Of a stretch of 30,109 nucleotides of DNA, positions 8,041 through 16,683 are shown one piece after another. Both the position numbers and the translations under genes were made by a program. The notes below the pieces were generated by a model. The model had not been told where the DNA came from, did no database searches, and saw nothing but the letters and a program-made list of their open reading frames with translations. Numbering within the stretch: the stretch's first letter is position 1; the number at the start of each line of letters is the position of its first letter. Origin of the DNA: Candidatus Woesearchaeota archaeon (GTDB taxonomy: Archaea; Nanobdellota; Nanobdellia; Woesearchaeales; GW2011-AR9); assembly GCA_016188105.1 (NCBI GenBank), contig JACPIL010000048.1, forward strand, positions 1 to 30,109. Reading direction: 5' to 3'.

Positions 8041-9339
8041 CTACCTCACCTCACTGAGGAAATCTTCTTCATAAACCAATCGTCCATTAATCTCTCCACG
8101 AATATTTTGTGTCATTAATTTTTTAGATTCTTCACCAGAATAATTGCCTAACAGCCAAGATAATTTTACTAAGGCGGTGTTGGCAAGCATATCCTTCCCG
8201 GGGATTACTCCTAGATCCAGTAAATCCCGTCCTTTATCATAGACATTCATATTAACTCCGCCAAATAAACATTGAGTTGCCATAACTACAACGCATCCAG
8301 AGTCGATCAGTTTTTTGATAGCTGGATATATTCTTTTATGGATTGCTGATTCCTTATTTGGAACTTGTCCAGGTGTATGCCCTAGACCGGTCCCTTCTAT
8401 GATTAAGCCCTTGTATCCTTTGAAGAAGGAAAATTGCTCTGGAAACATATTGATATGGATTTTTAATAATCCAACCTTTTCTTCCATTTTTGGTTTTAAG
8501 ACCAATTTTCCGACGCGTTTAGAATAATCATTACGGAGATATTTTATTTCACGAGTTTTATAATCAATTCTGGCAAGAGGGCCGTCATTAATCGCTTTGA
8601 AAGCATCCCTTCTGGAAGAATGGAGTTTGTAGGTCTTTGTTCCAGGCAAGATCAAACAATTTTTGTCGCTGGCTGACTGGTGCATGCATATCGCAACTCC
8701 TCCAAAATCAGTTTTGGTTATAAATTCAGCTGCGCAGATTAGATTCATAGCAGCGTCACTACTTCCACGATCTGAAGAACGTTGCGCGCCTACGAATAGG
8801 ACGGGAACTGGCGATTGTTCCACAATGAATGATAAAGCAGCAGAGGCTACGGCAAGATTGTCTGTTCCCATGCCGATGATGATTCCTTTCACGCCCTTCT
8901 TAACTTGGCGTTCGATAGCTTTTGCGATTAATGAAAAATGAGCAAAGCGCAGATCATCACTCCACATCTGAGCAATAAGTTCTGATTCTACATTTGCGAT
9001 ATCTTGGAGTTCTGGAAAAAGCGCCAGCAATTCTTCCGGGCTGAAATCGGTTGCAACGCCGCCAGTACGATAATCCACTTTGGAAGCGATTGTTCCTCCG
9101 GTATGAAAGATAGCGATGGTTGGAAGATGAGGTTCTTTAGTGATTTTTGCAGCTGTTTTCTTTTTTGCCGCTGCTTTTGTTAATGTAACTATTTTTGAAA
9201 CATCTTTTTTATCAAAGCCCACATTATAGCCGCTGTCTAACTTGAGAAGAACAATATTCTTATCAGAACCAGGCATTAAAATTCCTTCTTCTGTTCTCTT
9301 TTTAGTTACAACTCTAGCTCTATCCCCGGGATTAGGCAT
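8041..9339 (-). CDS. gatD: Glu-tRNA(Gln) amidotransferase subunit D
   Basis: N-terminal KLDSGYNVG domain, TGGTIASKVDYRTG, GTD, QRSSDRGSSDA and KLHSSRRDAF motifs. Confidence 0.95.
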   Translation of the reverse strand: MPNPGDRARVVTKKRTEEGILMPGSDKNIVLLKLDSGYNVGFDKKDVSKIVTLTKAAAKKKTAAKITKEPHLPTIAIFHTGGTIASKVDYRTGGVATDFSPEELLALFPELQDIANVESELIAQMWSDDLRFAHFSLIAKAIERQVKKGVKGIIIGMGTDNLAVASAALSFIVEQSPVPVLFVGAQRSSDRGSSDAAMNLICAAEFITKTDFGGVAICMHQSASDKNCLILPGTKTYKLHSSRRDAFKAINDGPLARIDYKTREIKYLRNDYSKRVGKLVLKPKMEEKVGLLKIHINMFPEQFSFFKGYKGLIIEGTGLGHTPGQVPNKESAIHKRIYPAIKKLIDSGCVVVMATQCLFGGVNMNVYDKGRDLLDLGVIPGKDMLANTALVKLSWLLGNYSGEESKKLMTQNIRGEINGRLVYEEDFLSEVR

Positions 9340-9390
9340 GGTTAAAAAGAAAGAGCGATGGTTTATTAAAGTTTCCGAAGCACTTGAGTT

Positions 9391-9780
9391 TTAATTATCG
9401 ATGGTCCAAGCTAATGGGGCATCTGTTTCTTTTTCATCAACAAATATCCTTTCCAGGAATCCCATCCATTGTTGGTAACATCTATTTAGAAACCCATTCC
9501 TTTCGGGATGGATTGGTTCATTTCTATAACCAGTTCTTTCCATAAATTTTTCAGCTATTAAGTTTTGATAGCTCCAAACCGTCCAGAGGTCAAGATTTGC
9601 TTCTTGTATTCCATCTCTCATTGCCTCTGCGCCACTATTACAAAGCATACCCAAATGATAAAACTGCCCACAGATTAAACCATAATCACTGTTACTTTTA
9701 GGGACATTGGAAACCAGTAGATCCACCAATACATCAATCTCTTCAGAGGTTAGTTCTTTTATTGGTGCTAAATCGTCCAT
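9391..9780 (-). CDS. Hypothetical protein
   Basis: ORF of about 129 aa; ATG 9780 preferred over the track's TTG 9786. No family recognised. Confidence 0.65.
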   Translation of the reverse strand: MDDLAPIKELTSEEIDVLVDLLVSNVPKSNSDYGLICGQFYHLGMLCNSGAEAMRDGIQEANLDLWTVWSYQNLIAEKFMERTGYRNEPIHPERNGFLNRCYQQWMGFLERIFVDEKETDAPLAWTIDN

Positions 9781-9782
9781 AT

Positions 9783-10805
9783 TCAACTCTTCCTCATCTG
9801 AGCAATTGCCTGCATGATTTCTTGCTGGGAATGAGACAAGGAAGTTAACACCGAGGGAACTCTTTCTTCGGCGCTCGCGTTGATTTCTTTCTTTACTTGT
9901 AGTTCAAACTTTATCTTCCAGGTTTTGTCTTTAATCTTAGAAGCAATCTCATCTAAATCATACGCTGCTCTTTTCGGCTCCCATAATAATCCAGATAAAC
10001 TATCATTTTGCCAGCGCGGTAAGATATGAATTGCTAATCTTCCAGAAGGATTGTCGTCAGATTCGCCTGAGAAGAGCAGGATATTAGTCCCTTGCGCACG
10101 CATGGCTTCAAAGATAGCTCTGCTGGCCTGAAAAGCGGTTTCAAAGAGATGAGCGCTATCCTGCTGGGAAAGTTTTTCGATAAATCTTTCTTCTGTTTTA
10201 CTATAGACAGTTATTTGTCCTTTAGCGCTTGCTTCATCGGGAAGAAGGCAAAGGATTTTTTCGTCTTCGTATAAAATAGTGGCGGCTTCTGTAGATTTAG
10301 TTAGAAAGGACGGGATTATACTTTTACCTGAAGTGCTTGACGGAGGTAGGATTTTTTGTAATAAATCAGAAATGTTCTTTTTATCCTCCTCACTGGTTTT
10401 AGTATTTCTCTTAAGCAGGAAATTGAAAAATTTATCTTCTGGTTCCCTGGGAAGAAGATGTAACATGAAATGATAGGACTGCTGTCCAGCTACACCACCC
10501 ATAGCTATGAAGACATTCATGCCAGTACGCACCATCGCTGATTTAATCGCTTGGCTTAAACCAGGAATCAAGCTAAGCTTATGAGTCAACTCTTCCTTAG
10601 AGACATAGGCAGGCATGGGATAATGCTCTTTCAGCATGAAAAGAGTATGCCCTTTTACCGCAGGATAAATGTCAAGCAGCGCAATAGTCTTATCATCTTC
10701 AAAAACTTTCTTTGCGTTAGGTATTTCTCCGGAGATAAGCTTACAGAAAATACATTGCTTTTTTTGTTCAGCTAATTGTTGTTTTATTTCAGGTGTGAGT
10801 TGCAT
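9783..10805 (-). CDS. Tandem HIT-fold protein with degenerate histidine triads
   Basis: CIFCKLISGEIP...DIYPAVKGHTL...YHFMLHLLPR, then a second domain ILYEDE...RLAIHILPR. Confidence 0.85.
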   Translation of the reverse strand: MQLTPEIKQQLAEQKKQCIFCKLISGEIPNAKKVFEDDKTIALLDIYPAVKGHTLFMLKEHYPMPAYVSKEELTHKLSLIPGLSQAIKSAMVRTGMNVFIAMGGVAGQQSYHFMLHLLPREPEDKFFNFLLKRNTKTSEEDKKNISDLLQKILPPSSTSGKSIIPSFLTKSTEAATILYEDEKILCLLPDEASAKGQITVYSKTEERFIEKLSQQDSAHLFETAFQASRAIFEAMRAQGTNILLFSGESDDNPSGRLAIHILPRWQNDSLSGLLWEPKRAAYDLDEIASKIKDKTWKIKFELQVKKEINASAEERVPSVLTSLSHSQQEIMQAIAQMRKS

Positions 10806-10818
10806 TTTTATAGGTTAT

Positions 10819-11424
10819 TCAATGATTTAGATCCATTAATAATGGAGTCAACTCCTGAAAGTTTGAGATTATTTTAAAAGGTTTTCCTTGTTCAAGTTTT
10901 TTCCGATCATGGAATCCAAATTCTACGGCAATAGTTTTGATATTTAGATGATTTGCTTCCAGAATATCCCCAACAGTGTCAGTTATAAAAACGCAATCAT
11001 GGTGCTTTAAGTTATACTTATTAAAGAGATATTCAAACTTTTCTACTTTCGAAGTCGAAACTTCAAAACCAAGTATTTCCACGAAGGATTTATCCAAATC
11101 ATGTTTTTTTAAATAATCATGGATGAACTTTTTGGGAGAAGAAGAATTGATGAATAAGGTATGGGTCTTGCTCAATTCTTTCAAAAGATCAATGACTCCT
11201 TGATTTGGGGCAATGGTAGACAAAATAGTAGAATAAGTGGTTAAGAAATCAAAAGTTTCATCTTTAATTTTTTTTGTGGTTTTCTTTTCGTAGATATTCC
11301 CTAAAAACCAGCTCTTATATTCTTCTGGAGATAAATCTTCATACTTCATACTAGCTGGGATGTAGCAGGCGCTAAAACTATCAACCAGCACTCCATCAAA
11401 ATCAAAGACAATTGCCTTAACCAT
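10819..11424 (-). CDS. HAD-superfamily hydrolase/phosphatase
   Basis: FDFDGVLVDS motif I, NSSS motif II, K, and TDTVGDI motif IV. Confidence 0.9.
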   Translation of the reverse strand: MVKAIVFDFDGVLVDSFSACYIPASMKYEDLSPEEYKSWFLGNIYEKKTTKKIKDETFDFLTTYSTILSTIAPNQGVIDLLKELSKTHTLFINSSSPKKFIHDYLKKHDLDKSFVEILGFEVSTSKVEKFEYLFNKYNLKHHDCVFITDTVGDILEANHLNIKTIAVEFGFHDRKKLEQGKPFKIISNFQELTPLLMDLNH

Positions 11425-11443
11425 CGTATAAAATAGAACGGGA

Positions 11444-12370
11444 TTACTTCTTCTTAGTCTTCTCGACTTGCTTATTCAATTTAAGTTTCTTAATCAGTTC
11501 TTTATAGCGATTCCTGATAGTTACTTCAGTTACGCCGGCAACGTCAGCAACTTCTCTTTGCGTACGCTTTTCCCCGTGAATAAGTGATGCAACATACAAG
11601 GCAGCGGCAGCAATTCCTGTAGGACCGCGACCTGAAGTTAATTCGATGTCCCGAGCTTGTTCCAGGATTTCTACAGCTTTGGATTGTGTTTCTGGGCTCA
11701 ATTTCAATGCGGAGGCAAATCGCGGGATATAATCGGCAGGATTACTAGGACGGATACTGATCTCCAGTTCACGAGTTACAAAGCGGTAGGTTCTTCCAAT
11801 TTCTTTTTTCTCGATGCCGGAAGCTTCTCCCATCTCATCAAGTGTTCTGGGGATTTCATGACGTCGGCAGGCTGCATATAATGCTCCAGCGACTACAGAT
11901 TCCATCGATCTGCCCCTTACTAATCCTTTCTGAACAGCAGAACGATAGATACGGGCAGCTTCTTCTTCTACTGATTTTGGCAATCTTAAGTAAGAACTTA
12001 CTCTTTTCAATTCTGCCAGAGCAACTTTTAAGTTTCGTTCGATAGCAGTGCTGATACGAATATTCCATTTTCGCAATCTAAAGAAGCGATCTCTTTCCCG
12101 GTCTGATCCTAATTTATAAAAATCGGCAGTTGTTCCTACTTCTGTTCCTAAACCTTGGTCAAATTGAGTTGCGCTTGACGGAGCGCCAGTTCTTCGTTTA
12201 CTGTCCTGGCCGCCATCGTCTTCAAAACTGCGCCATTCCTGAGAGAAATCAACCATGCGATCTTCAATAACTAAACCGCAATCACGGCAGATCGTTTCAC
12301 CTTTTTCAACATCTCGGAAAATATTCTTACTGGCGCATTCAGGGCATTCCTTTAAATTTTTTCGCATCAT
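11444..12370 (-). CDS. tfb: Transcription initiation factor IIB (TFB)
   Basis: Zn ribbon CPEC..CRDCG, QEWRSF, two cyclin repeats, VAGVTEVTIRNRYKEL. Confidence 0.97.
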   Translation of the reverse strand: MMRKNLKECPECASKNIFRDVEKGETICRDCGLVIEDRMVDFSQEWRSFEDDGGQDSKRRTGAPSSATQFDQGLGTEVGTTADFYKLGSDRERDRFFRLRKWNIRISTAIERNLKVALAELKRVSSYLRLPKSVEEEAARIYRSAVQKGLVRGRSMESVVAGALYAACRRHEIPRTLDEMGEASGIEKKEIGRTYRFVTRELEISIRPSNPADYIPRFASALKLSPETQSKAVEILEQARDIELTSGRGPTGIAAAALYVASLIHGEKRTQREVADVAGVTEVTIRNRYKELIKKLKLNKQVEKTKKK

Positions 12371-12438
12371 GGTTTATGCGCCGGCTGTTTTAGAAGCTTG
12401 GCTTAAGCGTAATTTTTAAATATATTCTGCAGCTTTAG

Positions 12439-12454
12439 TTTATAAATCTTTCGG
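12439..12454 (-). promoter_or_regulatory. BRE + TATA box of tfb
   Basis: CCGAAAGA-TTTATAAA on the minus strand. Confidence 0.6.
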
Positions 12455-12482
12455 TAATTTATTAAAGAAAAGCTGGAAATGA

Positions 12483-12893
12483 TTACATCGACAGAAAAAC
12501 GAGCATCGAAACTCCCAAGCCGATCAAAGCGCCGACTATCACTTCTAAAGGAGTATGCCCCATCGAATAATGGAATTTTGACTTCAATTTATGCAATTTT
12601 AATAAGCGTTCAATCTGTTTTCCTTCCATGCCCACGGTCCTGCGCACCCCAAATGCATCCCGCAAGACAATTAATGCTAACACTAAACTTATCACAAAAG
12701 CAGTAGAAAGCCCTTCAACAAAATAAATTATGCTGGATAAAGAAACCACAAAAGCGGAATGCGAAGAAGGCATACCTCCGGTAACCACAAGATCATGCCA
12801 GGTCAGCGATTTATGCCGGAAATACAAGATAATCAACTTTAGCAGTTGCGCACCGAAGCCGGCCAACAAGACCGCTAGAGCAATTTTATTCAT
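12483..12893 (-). CDS. Divergent PAP2-family membrane protein (DUF212)
   Basis: TGGMPSSHSA, DAFGVRR and GHTPLEV motifs with transmembrane helices. Confidence 0.92.
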   Translation of the reverse strand: MNKIALAVLLAGFGAQLLKLIILYFRHKSLTWHDLVVTGGMPSSHSAFVVSLSSIIYFVEGLSTAFVISLVLALIVLRDAFGVRRTVGMEGKQIERLLKLHKLKSKFHYSMGHTPLEVIVGALIGLGVSMLVFLSM

Positions 12894-12978
12894 TACTGGA
12901 AAGAATATGAATGAATTTATATTTGTTACTGGTGATTGGAGATATTAGACTAAATAATTGATTTCAAATTGACAAAGA

Positions 12979-13620
12979 TTATAGCAATTCGGCCATCTTG
13001 CGAGCTTGTTTTACAACCAGAACACCGAAGATTTTTGCTTTCCGTAAGTTTACAATGGCTGCGGCGAGACTCTTTTTATTATCCTTAGCCATTTCTAGAT
13101 TGGCATTCTTAAGATATCTAAGATAATTATCCAAATAATTTATCAGCAAGGCAAATTCTTGTGCTTCTCGTTCTTTCCAATTCTGGAAGAAATGCCTAAT
13201 GGTAATTTCTTTTATTTTTTGTTCAGAGGAAGTATTTCTCATTGAATCTAACATCCTTTCCAGATGAGTTTTTGACGGTAAAGATTCCAATTCTCCTGGA
13301 ACGGTCAAAGAGACAATACTTTCAACTTTTTTCACTATATCTCTTACCAGAGGCCTCATCTTAGCAGCAATAAGCTGTTTATCTCTGGCAATTTCGTAAT
13401 TTTGGATAAATCCCAGCAATAATTTTGTTCTGTTTACTAAAGCTAAAAACTCTCCTTCCTCGCGCCCTTTCAGTCCGGCAAGAAAACCGCTCAGTTTTTC
13501 AATTAAATCATATGCAGTCTTACGTTTTGACCGCTGTAAACTTAAATCAGAAATGTTATTACTCTCTTCCAGCAGGGCAATAGCCTCGTCTATGCTTTCC
13601 TGAAAAAAATCTTTAGACAT
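12979..13620 (-). CDS. Hypothetical all-helical protein
   Basis: 213-aa ORF co-oriented with its neighbours; no family recognised. Confidence 0.7.
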   Translation of the reverse strand: MSKDFFQESIDEAIALLEESNNISDLSLQRSKRKTAYDLIEKLSGFLAGLKGREEGEFLALVNRTKLLLGFIQNYEIARDKQLIAAKMRPLVRDIVKKVESIVSLTVPGELESLPSKTHLERMLDSMRNTSSEQKIKEITIRHFFQNWKEREAQEFALLINYLDNYLRYLKNANLEMAKDNKKSLAAAIVNLRKAKIFGVLVVKQARKMAELL

Positions 13621-13646
13621 TATTTGTAAGCAAGAAAGCTCTTTAT

Positions 13647-14459
13647 TTATGTTTTATGGTTTTGCGGTTTGATTTTTGGTCTTGATAGTTTTCTGAAGTC
13701 AAAATCGATCATCAACGGCAGATGATCAGAGAAATGGAATTTTAAAACAGAGTATTTTTTAACTTTTATTTGAGGGGAGGTAAGAATATAATCTAATCTT
13801 CTGGTGGGATGCCAGGCCGGTTCGGTCAGCGGCAATGATTTTTTATCAAGGCTGATCAAATCTTTAAGATGAGTTCTCTTCAACAATTCCCTAATTTCCT
13901 CTACACCATTAAAAGTATTAAAGTCCCCGACCAAAATGACGGGATTTTTAACTTTGTTGACGATGTTGATCAATTCTTTAATCTGTTTAGCCCTCGCTTT
14001 TTTTCCTAAGGCGAGATGAGCAGCGAGCAAGGTCACAGGCTTAGGACACTTCACGGTCGCTTCAATCACCATGCGCTTGGTTCCTTCGTGAAAAACATGG
14101 TAGCGCACTTTAGTGAATGGAAATCTTGAAACTAAGGCATTGGCTTGTTTGTTTAGGATAGGGATATGATGAAAAAGCTTTAACCAGCCTTTGAGAGGAT
14201 ATTTCACTTTTTCTACAAAATTAGTAAAGCCTAGTTTTTCTTCTAAAAAACGGACCTCGTCCTCTCCTCTACTGCGTAAAGAACCAATATCTACCTCAAT
14301 CAAAGCAAGAATGTCTGGATTTAGCTTATGAAGCGCAGTAACCATCCTTCTTTCAAGATTTTTAGGCGGAAAAAAAATTTTCCAAAGCTGGAGGTACTGA
14401 TACCAAAGGCCTTCCATCCCCTCGCAATATTCAATATTATAAGTGATTAGCTTAACCAT
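13647..14459 (-). CDS. Endonuclease/exonuclease/phosphatase (EEP) family protein
   Basis: TYNI, ILALIEVD, GDFN, LDYI and SDHLP motifs. Start reassigned to ATG 14459 because the track's extra 41 aa overlap the opposite-strand gene. Confidence 0.9.
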   Translation of the reverse strand: MVKLITYNIEYCEGMEGLWYQYLQLWKIFFPPKNLERRMVTALHKLNPDILALIEVDIGSLRSRGEDEVRFLEEKLGFTNFVEKVKYPLKGWLKLFHHIPILNKQANALVSRFPFTKVRYHVFHEGTKRMVIEATVKCPKPVTLLAAHLALGKKARAKQIKELINIVNKVKNPVILVGDFNTFNGVEEIRELLKRTHLKDLISLDKKSLPLTEPAWHPTRRLDYILTSPQIKVKKYSVLKFHFSDHLPLMIDFDFRKLSRPKIKPQNHKT

Positions 14460-14525
14460 AGAACATATAAGCAAAAGAAGTTTATAATAGTTGTTGAGTA
14501 CCCTGGGGAAGTTACCAGAATTACC

Positions 14526-14798
14526 ATGGTCGATAAAAATCTTCGAAAATTGATCGTAAAAGCGCAGAGTGCGGGCAAGCAAAGCTTAACCTACATCAAA
14601 GAAGATATAGAAGAGATAATAAGCCAGAATCTTACTTCAGAACACAGGATCGAAAGTCTGCTGGACCGATTATTGGATTGTCTTTATCTCGGACTAGGCG
14701 AAGAGGAATTTAAGAGACTAAACAGTTATTACGCGACCATCAACAAAGAAAACTCAGATTTTTATCAACGTTCCTATCAAGAGATCGTAGAAGAATAG
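14526..14798 (+). CDS. Small hypothetical helical protein
   Basis: 90-aa ORF divergent from the EEP gene; RIESLLDRLLD...YY..IN...Y pattern. Confidence 0.65.
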   Translation: MVDKNLRKLIVKAQSAGKQSLTYIKEDIEEIISQNLTSEHRIESLLDRLLDCLYLGLGEEEFKRLNSYYATINKENSDFYQRSYQEIVEE

Positions 14799-14825
14799 AG
14801 AATGATATCTTAAAATTATTTCAAA

Positions 14826-14920
14826 ATTCCGTAACCGCAGGCTTAGCCGAGGACAAGTCACTACGTTCGTGCCTTTCCTAACGGAAAGATTCGGAATCCT
14901 ATTTTAGGATTCCGTAACCG
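14826..14920. repeat. Palindromic element bracketed by 12-bp direct repeats at the aIF2-gamma 3' end
   Basis: ATTCCGTAACCG at 14826-14837 and 14909-14920. Imperfect hairpin GGACAAGTCAC-TACGTTC-GTGCCTTTCC and perfect hairpin GGAATCCT-ATTTT-AGGATTCC over the stop codon. Confidence 0.6.
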
Positions 14921-16218
14921 ATCAATCTAAATCTATCCCCTACTCTTCGAGAGATAGTTATTCTATCGCCTGCTTTGGCGCAGATCGGTTTTTTTAGAAC
15001 ACAAATAGTATTTTTCTTAGAAGGATCAACAACTACTCCAACAGTAGCAGCTGAATTACAATTAAGCATCAAAACTTCGCCTTTTGCTAAGGGCTTTACC
15101 TCTACTTCTTCCTTTGCTCCAACTACTCGCTCCAGCAATGATGTTTCCAAGCTAACTTGAGAATGGATTGCAGGTAGTTTTCCAGGTAATCCCACTATGG
15201 AACCAGTAAGAGAATCTGATTTCACGACCGAAGGATCAAGAGTCGTTCCAATAGCCATGCTTCCGCCGGGCAGGATCTCTTCGACAGGCTCTCCCCCGGA
15301 AAAAATCTTGGTTATTCTTGTACGTAAGGGCTTGGCTACTTTTTTGTTTTTCTCTTCCACCATGTAACCAGGACTGACTTCGATCTCATCTCCAACTCTA
15401 AATTTTCCTTGTTTTACTGTACCCCCTAAAACCCCGCCAACAAGTTTTTCCGGTTTTACCCCCGGCTTGTTGATATCAAAAGAGCGGGCAACTAACATGA
15501 TGGGATCTCTGTCAAGATCTCGGGCTGGAGTGATTATATTTTCTTGAATCGCCTTCAACAAAACGTCAATATTTACATTTCCTCGGGCTGAGATTGGAAT
15601 GATGGGCGCATTTTTGTATTCTGTTGAAGATAAGAAATCTTTGATCTCTTTGTAATTTGCAAGCGCTTCTTCGTATGAAACAAGGTCGATTTTATTTTGA
15701 ACCACAATCACATTTTTTATGCCGCTGATATGTAAAGCCATTAAATGTTCTTTCGTCTGCGGCTGTGGGCATTTTTCATTTGCAGCAACTAAAAGCAAAG
15801 CTCCGTCAACAATAGCAGCGCCGGAAAGCATGGTCGCCATCAATGATTCGTGTCCAGGAGCATCGACTAAAGATATTTTTCGCTGAAATATTGTTTCGTT
15901 GTTGCATTTAGGACATTTCAATTTGCTGGTATAATAATGACAATTTTCACAGAAATAGATGCAAAAATCAGCATAACCCAGGCGAATAGTGATCCCTCTT
16001 TTCAGTTCTTCAGAATGGGTATCGGTCCATTTGCCGCTTAATCTTTCTGTAAGAGTGGTTTTACCGTGATCGACGTGACCGACTAAAGCGATGTTGAGTT
16101 CTGGTTGAACAGTTTTTGCAATTTTTGCAATAGGAACAGGATCTTCTTTTTTAATTTTGACAGCTTTGGGAGCTGCCTTCTTAGACTCGCCGCTGGCAGA
16201 TTTCTTTTTCGCAACCAT
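14899..16218 (-). CDS. eif2g: Translation initiation factor 2 subunit gamma (aIF2-gamma)
   Basis: GHVDHGKTT, RGITIRLGY, Zn knuckle CENC..CPKC, DAPGHE, NKID and RFRLIGYG. Confidence 0.97.
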   Translation of the reverse strand: MVAKKKSASGESKKAAPKAVKIKKEDPVPIAKIAKTVQPELNIALVGHVDHGKTTLTERLSGKWTDTHSEELKRGITIRLGYADFCIYFCENCHYYTSKLKCPKCNNETIFQRKISLVDAPGHESLMATMLSGAAIVDGALLLVAANEKCPQPQTKEHLMALHISGIKNVIVVQNKIDLVSYEEALANYKEIKDFLSSTEYKNAPIIPISARGNVNIDVLLKAIQENIITPARDLDRDPIMLVARSFDINKPGVKPEKLVGGVLGGTVKQGKFRVGDEIEVSPGYMVEEKNKKVAKPLRTRITKIFSGGEPVEEILPGGSMAIGTTLDPSVVKSDSLTGSIVGLPGKLPAIHSQVSLETSLLERVVGAKEEVEVKPLAKGEVLMLNCNSAATVGVVVDPSKKNTICVLKKPICAKAGDRITISRRVGDRFRLIGYGILK

Positions 16219-16335
16219 GAGAAGCTAAAAAGGCAGTTTCTTTATAAAGCTTCGGGGGCTTGAAAAGAGGAGGGTAAGAAATAAATAGCATAAAAAGGAT
16301 TTAAAAAATAAAAAGAATAAAGAGGGGAAGAAAAA

Positions 16336-16683
16336 TTATTTCTTTCCCCGTCTTCTTAGATGTTTCAAGTTTTCTTTCATGGCGCTTTTCACTCGCTGTG
16401 CTCTTTTTTTCAACAAGCTGCGCACCGTTTTTACTTCTCCTTTACTGGCCACGCCGGATTTCAGCAGAGCCGACTCAAAATATTTTCCTACCGTGCCCAT
16501 CACTTCTTTGCTGGCTTTATCTGAATTAGCCATCAGCTGTTTAGCTAACTTGAGGCTTTCTTCATCATTGAGTTTTAATTCCGTTTTCACTTTTGAAGCG
16601 ACTCTTTTAGCTTCGGTTAAACTCAATAAACCTAGGCCGTAGCCGGTTTTAACAATTGTTTTCAATTTCTTTTCCATATTCAA
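16336..16683 (-). CDS. Phasin-like amphipathic helical protein
   Basis: TGYGLGLLSLTEAKRV...EESLKLAKQLM resembles phasin-family proteins; overlaps the ubiB-like stop by 4 nt. Confidence 0.55.
   Translation of the reverse strand: MNMEKKLKTIVKTGYGLGLLSLTEAKRVASKVKTELKLNDEESLKLAKQLMANSDKASKEVMGTVGKYFESALLKSGVASKGEVKTVRSLLKKRAQRVKSAMKENLKHLRRRGKK

Noticed and set aside
14419-14426. CCCTCGCA as an att duplicate of the tRNA 3' end
   Set aside because: Only 8 bp, inside the EEP coding sequence, expected by chance, and no integrase is present.
14460-14582. 41-aa N-terminal extension of the EEP protein
   Set aside because: It overlaps the opposite-strand ORF, and the EEP fold starts at MVKLITYN.
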